Shown piece after piece: positions 18,737 through 26,808 of a stretch of DNA of 31,003 nt. The stretch's first letter is position 1. Each line of letters starts with the position of its first letter. The stretch lies in NCBI GenBank assembly GCA_007136595.1, contig SLGQ01000158.1, positions 1-31,003 on the forward strand, read 5' to 3'. The DNA comes from Candidatus Sumerlaeota bacterium (GTDB lineage: Bacteria > UBP6 > UBA1177). The notes under the pieces are model-generated. The model was not told where the DNA came from. It worked only from the letters and a program-made list of their open reading frames with translations, and made no database searches. A program made the position numbers and the translations under genes.

Positions 18737-20334
18737 AATTTAATAAATTATTTTTACTTCCACTTTTCATATTCATTTTTTTCAGCTGTGCAACTACACC
18801 TGTAAAAGATATTGATGATCCTGAAAAGAAAGATGATAAGCCGGAAAAAGAGGTGTCAGAAGAACAGGCAGTTCCGGATCTTGACGAGTCAGATGAAGAG
18901 CTTGATGATGAAAAAAAGAAAGAAGAGAGAGAAAAAAAGGAAGATAGATATTTTGACGGGAATGTTTACAGAGGTCCGGCTTTAAAAGATTTTCAGGATG
19001 GCTTGGAAAAATATTTTTCAGAAGGTTGCGAATCTGCTGTTGCCCGATGGGAAAGCGCAGTTAAAAGAGATCCCCGTAGAGTAGAAATAGCGTTTAATAT
19101 TGCTCTTTGTTATGAAAGAATGGGAGATGCCGAAAAAAGCAGGGAATGGTATATGCGGTCATTTAAAGGCAACAACAATTTTATGAGGCCGCTGTACAAT
19201 TACTCCCTATCCTTAGGTGATAAGTTAAATGAAAAAGTTCCTGAACTTACAAAGCTTGTAGCGAAAACTGAAGATAAAGTCTTAAAGAACAACTTTCTAT
19301 CATGGCTGAACATACAGGTTCGAAATTTCGACAATGCTGAAAAGTATGCTAAAGCTGCATTGAAGCTTGATGAACAGAATGTTGATGCAGTGATAAATCT
19401 TGCAACAATATATTACAGCAATGATATGCTTGAGCTTGCTGACATGGCTCTTGGTATTGCAGAACAGTGGGACAGTGACGACTTCAGACTCCATAGACTT
19501 TACGGTTTCCTGAAATTTGACATGGGGAAAAAGGGAGAGGCCGCAGAACATTTTCAAAGAGCGGTCAGGCTGAACCCGGAACTTTCCGAAGTTAGAAACA
19601 TGCTTGCCGTCCTTGCTATGGAAATCGAGGACTACAACACGGCAAAAGAACAGCTTGAATTTGTTCTGAAAATAAGCCCTGATTTTAATGCTGCCAAAAT
19701 AAATCTTGCAATGGCTTATAAAGGGCTTGAAAAATATAAAGAGTCAAATGATATTCTCATGGGGCTGCTCAACAGTCCTGATTTAACTGAACCAGATAAA
19801 AAGAAAGTTCTTTTCAATTTGGGAATACTTTACCTTGATGCAGATGTGGACGGTGAAGGGAAAACAGACAGATTTGATCTTTCAACCGATTATCTTAAAA
19901 AATATCTTGAGATGATAAAAGGAGATAGTAATTTCAGACAACAGAAAGTGATCGTGGATGAATATATATCAGAAGCGGCAACGAAAAAGAGAAGTCTTGA
20001 AATGATGATCGCTATGAGAGAGCGACAGGCGGCAAGGCAGAAAGCATTGGAAGAGGAGCACAAACTGTTCCTGAAAATGAAAGAAGAAGCGTTTAAAAAT
20101 GCTGTTTCAAAAGACACTGTAGAGGTATGGCGGGAATATCTTGACAAATACCCTGTTATTGATGCTGATGATAAATTCAGTAATGCGGCACAGGCAAGGC
20201 TGAAAGAGTTGGAAAAAGAATCAACTGAACATGAAGATACAGATGATGTTCCTGAAAAAAGTGAAGAAAAAGAGGCAGAGGAGCATGATGAAATTTCTGG
20301 CGGACCTGATGATGCTGAAGAAGGGGAACCCTAG
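18733..20334 (+). CDS. TPR lipoprotein (GltE paralog)
   Basis: Lipobox FFSC-ATTP; TPRs (AFNIALCYERMG, AVINLATIYY, VLFNLGILY); acidic C-terminal tail. Confidence 0.75.
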   Translation: MKFNKLFLLPLFIFIFFSCATTPVKDIDDPEKKDDKPEKEVSEEQAVPDLDESDEELDDEKKKEEREKKEDRYFDGNVYRGPALKDFQDGLEKYFSEGCESAVARWESAVKRDPRRVEIAFNIALCYERMGDAEKSREWYMRSFKGNNNFMRPLYNYSLSLGDKLNEKVPELTKLVAKTEDKVLKNNFLSWLNIQVRNFDNAEKYAKAALKLDEQNVDAVINLATIYYSNDMLELADMALGIAEQWDSDDFRLHRLYGFLKFDMGKKGEAAEHFQRAVRLNPELSEVRNMLAVLAMEIEDYNTAKEQLEFVLKISPDFNAAKINLAMAYKGLEKYKESNDILMGLLNSPDLTEPDKKKVLFNLGILYLDADVDGEGKTDRFDLSTDYLKKYLEMIKGDSNFRQQKVIVDEYISEAATKKRSLEMMIAMRERQAARQKALEEEHKLFLKMKEEAFKNAVSKDTVEVWREYLDKYPVIDADDKFSNAAQARLKELEKESTEHEDTDDVPEKSEEKEAEEHDEISGGPDDAEEGEP

Positions 20335-20382
20335 GAAGAAACGGGGGTAAATGATGCTGAATGATTTGAATAAAAATAAAAA

Positions 20383-20700
20383 ATGAAAAAAAAACAATTT
20401 AATGATGACAAAAAAATTGATTTTAATATAATACTTCAGTATTTTTTTGTAATGTTTGAGAAGCGGGCTTTGAGATTTTTTAGATTTTTAGTGGTTGCAG
20501 TTGTTATGATGTTGCCATCGGGCTATGTTTTCGGACAAGGAGGCATCGTGCTGGAGGAAATTGAAATAAAAGGGAAAATACAAAAGCCGGAAGCCATGTA
20601 TTTCCTTTCAAGGTCAAGATTTGACTACAGCACTCTTGAGCTTGATGTGAGTTTTATTGATAAGGTTGAGAAAGCTCTCCAGGTAGACGAGGCTTTCTAA
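20383..20700 (+). CDS. GltF-like small secreted protein (true start possibly 20452)
   Basis: IVLEEIEIKGKIQKPEAMYFLSRSRFDY aligns by eye with GltF1 VIDFEDVMLEGQIKKPSGSFLMDRTRTRF; the signal peptide reads best from Met 20452. Confidence 0.65.
   Translation: MKKKQFNDDKKIDFNIILQYFFVMFEKRALRFFRFLVVAVVMMLPSGYVFGQGGIVLEEIEIKGKIQKPEAMYFLSRSRFDYSTLELDVSFIDKVEKALQVDEAF
20405..20432 (+). promoter_or_regulatory. Possible internal sigma70-type promoter for gltF2 and the motor genes
   Basis: ATGACA (20405-20410), 16-nt spacer, TATAAT (20427-20432). Confidence 0.4.
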
Positions 20701-20728
20701 GAATATTTATTTTTTTTTGGAGGTTACT

Positions 20729-21367
20729 ATGCAAGCTTTTGCTGATTTCTATCGTCAAGGTGGAATGTTTATGCACTTTATTGCTCTTTGCGGACTTTAC
20801 ATCATTGCAGTGTCCGTGTACAAGTTCATTTTTCTTCTGGTTAAGTTTAACACCAACGGTGCAAATCTTATGAAACAGATCCAGAAACTTGTTATGGCAA
20901 ACAATGTTGACAAAGCTATCAAACTTTGTACTGCGGCAGGAGATGCTGCTCTTGCAAATGTTATGAAAGCAGGTCTTTCAAGAGCAAACAGAGGCGAACT
21001 TGAGATTCAGAATGCTATGGAAGAAGCTACACTTGAAGTTACACCGAAGATCACTAAACTTGTTGACACCATTTTTGCTGCATCAAGTACAGCTACAATG
21101 CTTGGTCTTCTTGGAACGATTTTCGGACTTATTCAGGCTTTCGAAGCTGTTGCTCACGCTGCTCCTGAGCAGAAGTCAGCAATGCTCGCAAGCGGTATCG
21201 CTATCGCGATGAACACAACAGGTTTCGGTCTTATTATCGCTATTCCCGGAACAGTACTTACTGTTGTTATTAAAGGTTTTGCAAACAGAATTCTTGATGA
21301 CATGGATCTTTACTCTGTAAAACTGGTCAACCTGCTTGTTAGCAGAGAAAAAGGAACTGCTGAATAA
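20729..21367 (+). CDS. MotA/TolQ/ExbB-family proton channel subunit (AglR-like)
   Basis: GGAGG at 20719-20723 favours ATG 20729; three TMs; motifs ATMLGLLGTIFGLIQAF and GIAIAMNTTGFGLIIAIP. Confidence 0.92.
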   Translation: MQAFADFYRQGGMFMHFIALCGLYIIAVSVYKFIFLLVKFNTNGANLMKQIQKLVMANNVDKAIKLCTAAGDAALANVMKAGLSRANRGELEIQNAMEEATLEVTPKITKLVDTIFAASSTATMLGLLGTIFGLIQAFEAVAHAAPEQKSAMLASGIAIAMNTTGFGLIIAIPGTVLTVVIKGFANRILDDMDLYSVKLVNLLVSREKGTAE

Positions 21368-21396
21368 TTAACCGATTGTAAACCGGAGGACAGCCA

Positions 21397-21948
21397 ATGG
21401 CTAAGAAAAAGAGAAAAGTGGAGGCAATGCAGGAAATAAACATGAAGCCTGCAATGAACCTTATTCTCATCCTTATTCCTCTCCTTCTTACATCAATGGA
21501 AGCGGTTAAGATAGCAGTTATCAATGTTGCTACTCCGCAGATAGGACCGTCATCAGAGGCGGCACCTCCTGATCAAAGACCTGAAGACAGACCTTTGAAA
21601 CTGACGATCGCTCTCACAAACAGAGGGATTACAGTTTTTGCCAGAGATCAGGTAGTTGAAAATGAGAATGACCCTCTAGGTCCGACAATACCAAAGATCG
21701 AAGGGCAGGAAATGGATGCAGAAGGCAATATGCAGAATGCTATGGTATATGATCTTGCAAAGCTGACAGAAATGCTTTCCGATTTTAAAGATGCCAATCC
21801 TGCAGAAGAAAACATTATTATTACCGCAGAGCCCAACATAAAATTCAGATACATTGTTGAAATCATGGATTCATCAAGGGATATGAGAGACGGGGAAAGA
21901 ACAAAAAGGTTGTTCCCCAATGTTGTGCTCAGTGCCGGTGTAGCTTAA
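21397..21948 (+). CDS. ExbD/TolR-family protein (AglQ-like), Asn at the conserved TM Asp position
   Basis: EINMKPAMNLILILIPLLL TM; periplasmic LTIALT and IIITAEPNIKFRYIVEIMD motifs; GGAGGA RBS. Confidence 0.88.
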   Translation: MAKKKRKVEAMQEINMKPAMNLILILIPLLLTSMEAVKIAVINVATPQIGPSSEAAPPDQRPEDRPLKLTIALTNRGITVFARDQVVENENDPLGPTIPKIEGQEMDAEGNMQNAMVYDLAKLTEMLSDFKDANPAEENIIITAEPNIKFRYIVEIMDSSRDMRDGERTKRLFPNVVLSAGVA

Positions 21949-21959
21949 GGGGGGATGAT

Positions 21960-22535
21960 ATGACAGAAGAAAAAAAGAATTACGAATTAATCCCCGAAAA
22001 TTATGAAGAGGAGATGTTAAAGAGGAGGAAAGCCTCAAAAATTAAGGGTAGAGACACCAAAAGTGAGGATGTTAATATGAACTCGCTTATGGATATTCTT
22101 ACTATCATGCTGGTTTTCCTTCTTAAAAGCTATGCGACAGACCCTATCAACATTACTCCTTCATCCGACCTTGAACTTGTGAGGTCAACTTCATTGCTTC
22201 AACCTGCGGCAACTGTTACAGTAACTGTTTCAAAATCAGCGATAGTTGTTGATAACAAGCCCGTACTGGTTGTAAAGGATGGTAAAGTTGAAGCTTCACA
22301 GAAAAGAGGTGGAGAAGACGGATTTTTTATAATCCCTCTTAACAGGGAGTTGGTTAATGCTGCTGAAAGTAAAAGGAGACTTGCAAGTGTTAATCCGTCT
22401 GTAACATTTGACGGTGTTTGCACCATCGTAATGGATGGAGACACACCTTACAGGCTTTTGACTGAAATTATGTACACTGCCGGACAGGCAGAGTTCAATA
22501 ACTTTAAATTTGCGACAATATCGCAGGAAAGTTAA
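21960..22535 (+). CDS. ExbD/TolR-family protein (AglS-like)
   Basis: VNMNSLMDILTIMLVFLLKSY TM with Asp45; C-terminal IVMDGDTPYRLLTEIMYTAGQAEF. Confidence 0.9.
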   Translation: MTEEKKNYELIPENYEEEMLKRRKASKIKGRDTKSEDVNMNSLMDILTIMLVFLLKSYATDPINITPSSDLELVRSTSLLQPAATVTVTVSKSAIVVDNKPVLVVKDGKVEASQKRGGEDGFFIIPLNRELVNAAESKRRLASVNPSVTFDGVCTIVMDGDTPYRLLTEIMYTAGQAEFNNFKFATISQES

Positions 22536-22547
22536 TTTGTTTTTATG

Positions 22548-22582
22548 GGCCGGTGCTGTTTACAGTGCCGGCCGGTTGTTTT
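22548..22582 (+). terminator. Intrinsic terminator after the motor genes
   Basis: 11-bp stem GGCCGGTGCTG / CAGTGCCGGCC (two G-U pairs), loop TTTA, followed by GGTTGTTTT. Confidence 0.65.
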
Positions 22583-22605
22583 GATATGAATTGAAAAATT
22601 ATAAT
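22576..22605 (+). promoter_or_regulatory. Possible promoter for gltG2 and downstream genes
   Basis: TTGTTT (22576-22581), 18-nt spacer, TATAAT (22600-22605); RBS AGGGAG at 22615-22620. Confidence 0.35.
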
Positions 22606-22626
22606 CGTGTTCTCAGGGAGTTTTAG

Positions 22627-24000
22627 ATGGCTCAGGAAAATATAGCAAAGGTGCTTAGAGTCGGAGTTATTTACAACGGCAAAATTTTGGATGAACAAAT
22701 ATTCAGAAAACCGGAGACGGTATTTGTCGGTGATTCAGAAAAATCTCATTTTGTAGTTCCTTCTTCCTCACTCCCTTCGAAGTTTCCCATATTTTACTTT
22801 AAATCAGGTCGGTATGAGCTTGTCATTATGGAAAATATGACAGGTAAAGTATTTCTTAAAGGTAAGGTTGTTGTAATTGAAGAAATTATCAAAAAAGGAA
22901 TGCTTAAAAAAAGAGGTGGAGCCTATATCCTCCCTCTTTCTCAGGACTCAAGAGGAAAAGTAATGGTGGGAAGTGCGATCGTACTTTTTCAATTTATAAC
23001 ACCACCGCCCAGACCGCCTAAATTAAAGTTGCCCAAATCAATAAGAGGGTCGTGGACTCAAAGACTTGACTGGCCCTTTCTTTCCATATTATCGGTATCT
23101 TTAATAAGCGGTTACTTGTTTTTCGGGGTTTATGTTCCGGGAGTTCCGGTTCCTGAATTTAATATTGCATCAGTGCCGAATAGGTTTGCTGAACTTATAG
23201 TTCCAGATCTTGATGCACTGAGAACGATGGAGGAAAAAGAGGTTGCCGTGGAAGAAACTGACACAGGCACCCAGGTAGCAGCGGCACAGGAAGAAAAAGC
23301 CCCTGCTAAGGAAGAAGTTAAAAAACCTGATCAACCTAGAGACAAAGCCACTATACAGAAAGAAGAGTCAATAAGAAAAGCGGAAATTCAGAAGAAAGTC
23401 GCAGGGAAAGGGCTTTTGAGAATTATCGGTTCAGTTGGTGGTGAAGGTGGAAGCGGTGATGTTGTAGCCGATGTTCTTGGAGATGGAGGCAGAGACAGAG
23501 ATATTGATACTGCACTTGCAGGTATTAAGCAGATAGGAGTCGCTACCAGCTCAACACAGAGAAGCAGGAAAGGGGATGCCGATGCTACAGAAACTGTCAG
23601 AATGGAAGGGCTTGATGTTAAAGAATCTTCCGGAAAGGTTGGTGTTGCAGCTAAAAAAGAAAGGGCTGTAGTAGCAAAAACAACAGTTGAGGCCCCACAA
23701 GTTGACGGGGCAGTTGACTCTAACAGCATTTCACAGTTGGTAAGAAGGAATCAGGCTGCTGTAAGGCGTTGTTATGAAAGAGAGCTTAACGCTAACCCCA
23801 ACTTGAGAGGCAGGGTTGCGGTCACTATAGTAATAAATGAACAAGGTAGAGTTCAGATGGCGGATGTTACAGCAGATACTGTTGGAAATGCTGCTGTCAG
23901 AAGTTGTATTATAGGAGTTGTGAACAGATGGAGATTTCCCAGTCCGGAAGGTGGTCCCGCAAGTATAACCATTCCATTTGTTTTTTCAGCTTCCAACTAG
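22627..24000 (+). CDS. GltG paralog (AgmX/PglI C-terminal, TonB-like)
   Basis: N-terminal LRVGVIYNGKILDEQIF...VFVG domain, TM at LDWPFLSILSVSLISGYLFF, TonB_C-like ISQLVRRNQAAVRRCYEREL...RWRFPSPEGGPASITIPFVF. Confidence 0.85.
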   Translation: MAQENIAKVLRVGVIYNGKILDEQIFRKPETVFVGDSEKSHFVVPSSSLPSKFPIFYFKSGRYELVIMENMTGKVFLKGKVVVIEEIIKKGMLKKRGGAYILPLSQDSRGKVMVGSAIVLFQFITPPPRPPKLKLPKSIRGSWTQRLDWPFLSILSVSLISGYLFFGVYVPGVPVPEFNIASVPNRFAELIVPDLDALRTMEEKEVAVEETDTGTQVAAAQEEKAPAKEEVKKPDQPRDKATIQKEESIRKAEIQKKVAGKGLLRIIGSVGGEGGSGDVVADVLGDGGRDRDIDTALAGIKQIGVATSSTQRSRKGDADATETVRMEGLDVKESSGKVGVAAKKERAVVAKTTVEAPQVDGAVDSNSISQLVRRNQAAVRRCYERELNANPNLRGRVAVTIVINEQGRVQMADVTADTVGNAAVRSCIIGVVNRWRFPSPEGGPASITIPFVFSASN

Positions 24001-24022
24001 GATAATTTAGGGAGGTGCCGCT

Positions 24023-24709
24023 ATGACAAATAAAAGAAACATATTTACGTTGCTTTTTGTTATGCTGGCAGTGGTTTTTGTTTTTGCAGAAGAAGAAGAA
24101 AAGTTATCTGAAAGGGAAATGATAAGAGAAACTGATAAGTTGGCTGGAAAGATTTTAGAAATAGAGAAAACAATTGATAATCTTAGACAGGAATCTGTAA
24201 AAGAAAGAGATATCAGGTGGCAAGTTTGTCTTGACGACCATCTCGGCAATGTAAAAGGTGTTGCAGCAAGTGCTGTTGCAGCTCAAACAAGGCTTAAAGA
24301 CTTAATGAAGGCCGGAAAACCCGAAGATGCCTACAGCCAGTTGATATTATTGCGGGGACTGGGCGAATCTGCTCAACAGTCAATGAATAATTCCATGTCA
24401 TGTGAAAGACAGTTGACAAGGGTTAGTTCAGACACTGAAATAATCGTGGAAATTGATAAAGAAATAACAGGAGCTGTAAACGAAGATAGCGTCAGTGATG
24501 CAATGGGTGTTGGGTTTGCTGATGAATTTGTTGCAGACAAAGATAAAAGTGCTGCCTCCGGTTCAGGAATTGCTGATGCTGCCGGAGTTGACAGAAGTGA
24601 TGTTCCGGCGGAATCTCCGGAAACAGGTGGCGGAACGACAGGGTCAGAAGCAGAGGCGATCGGATATGTGGATGTTCCTGATGTTGTTGATGCCAGCCCG
24701 ACAAGATAA
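24023..24709 (+). CDS. Secreted helical protein with a Cys pair, unknown function
   Basis: AGGGAGG RBS; signal peptide; helical region with RWQVCLDD and SMSCERQ; low-complexity acidic tail ending VDASPTR. Confidence 0.7.
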   Translation: MTNKRNIFTLLFVMLAVVFVFAEEEEKLSEREMIRETDKLAGKILEIEKTIDNLRQESVKERDIRWQVCLDDHLGNVKGVAASAVAAQTRLKDLMKAGKPEDAYSQLILLRGLGESAQQSMNNSMSCERQLTRVSSDTEIIVEIDKEITGAVNEDSVSDAMGVGFADEFVADKDKSAASGSGIADAAGVDRSDVPAESPETGGGTTGSEAEAIGYVDVPDVVDASPTR

Positions 24710-24733
24710 AGTTTTGTATTAGGAATAAAGGTT

Positions 24734-26176
24734 ATGTTAGATTTGATCAGAAAAGTGGTTGTTGTTTTAAAGTGCCAAGCTTTTTTAACTGGATACATAT
24801 TGTTTATTTTAGTTTTGATACCTTCAGAGATGCTCGGTGAACAGCAAAAAGGATTTGCAATTGCAGAAAATACCGTGCTTAATGTAGGGCTTTCTATTTC
24901 CCCTGAATTTGAGTCCAATATCACAAGAGCTTCAAAAAAATCATATACGGAAGATGTTTTGAATGATCCCGGCAACAGAAGGTCAATGGGTCCGTACTAT
25001 GACCTGATAATGCATTACTCCCCTTCTTTAAGGATCAAACTTGATGACAGCAGTAAAACTGTCGAAGCGACCCTTCTTTTTGATTATAATCACTATCTCG
25101 GTCTTGATGACTCTGCATCGTCAAAAAGGCTTTCCGACCTCGATATTAAATCCAATCTTCTTGGTGAGTTCTATAAAAACAACATTGTCGGTTTTGAGTT
25201 TACTAATGCTTTTTCCAGAACAGCCAATCCGGAAGGGCAGGATCTCACAGGAAGACACAAAAATATTTACGACAGTTTCAAGCTTGCTTTGAATCTTAAA
25301 AATTTACATGAAACTCTTTACATGAAAGTTCAGGGTGGTGTTGACATAAACTACTTTGAAGACTCCAAAAACAATCCCAGATACAAAGATTATAATTATT
25401 ATTCCCTTGTAGGAGAACTCTTCGGAAGATGGAAATTCCTTCCAAGAACCATGATGTTTGTAAGGGGATCTTACAGGTTTCAGGACTACTATGAATCAAG
25501 TCTCCGTTCTGAGTCCCGCTCAATGCCGATAAATGCTTTTGCCGGTTTAATGGGGCAGGTGACACCTATGTTTTCAGCTAAGCTTTCAGGTGGATATTCT
25601 GCTTCGTTGGGGAACAACAACAAGCACGACTATAATGCAAATGCAGAGTTGATATATAAATATCACGACAGCACATTGATCAGCGTTGGCTACTTGAAAA
25701 ATCTAAGGCCGTCTCCCCACTATCAATACTATTCAACTCACCGTATTTACACAAAAGCACAACAGAAGTTCGCAAGAAATTTTCTTGCTAAACTCGATGC
25801 AGGATTTTCATTCATAGGATACGGAGAAAGCGTTGAGTTTATGAATGATTATACTTATGATGAAGCTGGTGGTTACTACGAAAGAGATACTTCAGGAATT
25901 GATGGGGGTACGATGGTACACTTGGTAACAGTTCCTGACTCAAGAAGAAAAGATAAGCTTCTTCGAATAAATCCTTCTCTGTCATATAATATACTTTACT
26001 GGCTTGGTCTAAAACTCTCTTATGAGTTTGAGTACAGGATGTCCAACTTCAACAGAGAAACCCACATTACCTGGACAGATGATGTTAACTCCGATAGAGA
26101 TTATGAAAGAAGAACAGTTACCCACTATGATTTTATGAATCACAAAGTACTTTTTACTCTTTCTGTTGATTATTAA
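24734..26176 (+). CDS. OM beta-barrel partner of the OPX protein (EpsX/ExoB/Wzp-like)
   Basis: Long N-terminal hydrophobic signal, many amphipathic strands rich in Tyr/Asn/Ser, ends VLFTLSVDY; TAATG overlap with the OPX gene. Confidence 0.7.
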   Translation: MLDLIRKVVVVLKCQAFLTGYILFILVLIPSEMLGEQQKGFAIAENTVLNVGLSISPEFESNITRASKKSYTEDVLNDPGNRRSMGPYYDLIMHYSPSLRIKLDDSSKTVEATLLFDYNHYLGLDDSASSKRLSDLDIKSNLLGEFYKNNIVGFEFTNAFSRTANPEGQDLTGRHKNIYDSFKLALNLKNLHETLYMKVQGGVDINYFEDSKNNPRYKDYNYYSLVGELFGRWKFLPRTMMFVRGSYRFQDYYESSLRSESRSMPINAFAGLMGQVTPMFSAKLSGGYSASLGNNNKHDYNANAELIYKYHDSTLISVGYLKNLRPSPHYQYYSTHRIYTKAQQKFARNFLAKLDAGFSFIGYGESVEFMNDYTYDEAGGYYERDTSGIDGGTMVHLVTVPDSRRKDKLLRINPSLSYNILYWLGLKLSYEFEYRMSNFNRETHITWTDDVNSDRDYERRTVTHYDFMNHKVLFTLSVDY

Positions 26177-26808
26177 TGACTGTAATGAAGTTCCTCATAT
26201 TCATTTCCCTTACATCCATCTTTCTTGTATCCTGCACTATAAAAGTCGGTGATAAACCCGTTGAAAGAAGTGAAAGTGGTGGATATATATCGAAAACATC
26301 TGAAAGTGATGGAGATATTTTTTCTTCAATAGGTCCCGGAGATGTGCTGAGGATCACTGTTTATGGAGAAAGTGACCTGTCCGGAGAATATCAGGTGAGC
26401 CTTAACAGATCTATAATGTTTCCTTTTATAGGAGAAATATCTGTAGAAGGGTTGAATAATATCACTCTGGCATCAGAAATTGCTGCAAGATTAAGAGAAG
26501 GATACCTTGTGAACCCTCAGGTGACTGTTTTTACACAAGAGTTTGTCAGCAAAAGGATATTTGTTCTCGGGCAAGTTAAAAAATCAGGCAATTTCCCAAT
26601 GAGAAATGAAATGAGCGTTATCGAAGCAATTTCTCTTGCCGGTGGATTTACAAACATGGCAGACCTGAATAATGTAGTTGTTACGAGAAAAGAAACAGGG
26701 AGAGAGATCAGGATCGTAGTGAATATAAGGTCGATAGTTAACGGGCAGGAAGAGAATTTTTATCTTAAGCCCGGAGATATAATATATGTCCGAGAAAGGT
26801 TTTTCTAG
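26176..26808 (+). CDS. wza: Short OPX/Wza-family polysaccharide export lipoprotein
   Basis: Lipobox LVSC; Poly_export motif IGPGDVLRITVYGE...FPFIGEISVEG...YLVNPQVTV; one SLBB domain (VLGQVKKSG...AISLAGG...LKPGDIIYV); no C-terminal OM helix. Confidence 0.9.
   Translation: MTVMKFLIFISLTSIFLVSCTIKVGDKPVERSESGGYISKTSESDGDIFSSIGPGDVLRITVYGESDLSGEYQVSLNRSIMFPFIGEISVEGLNNITLASEIAARLREGYLVNPQVTVFTQEFVSKRIFVLGQVKKSGNFPMRNEMSVIEAISLAGGFTNMADLNNVVVTRKETGREIRIVVNIRSIVNGQEENFYLKPGDIIYVRERFF

Noticed and set aside
13146-20334. BamD/CpoB identity for the TPR proteins
   Set aside because: They are far larger and share segment-level similarity and order with the GltC/D/E-like genes of cassette 1.
20729-22535. 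Tol-Pal (tolQRA-tolB-pal) or an ExbBD-TonB iron-uptake system
   Set aside because: There are two different ExbD-type genes, no tolB, pal or TonB-dependent receptor in the window, and the partner is GltG-type among TPR genes.
1667-24000. Definitive call of gliding motility
   Set aside because: GltI/J/K, adhesins and polarity regulators are not in the window, and Glt paralogs also serve non-motility roles.
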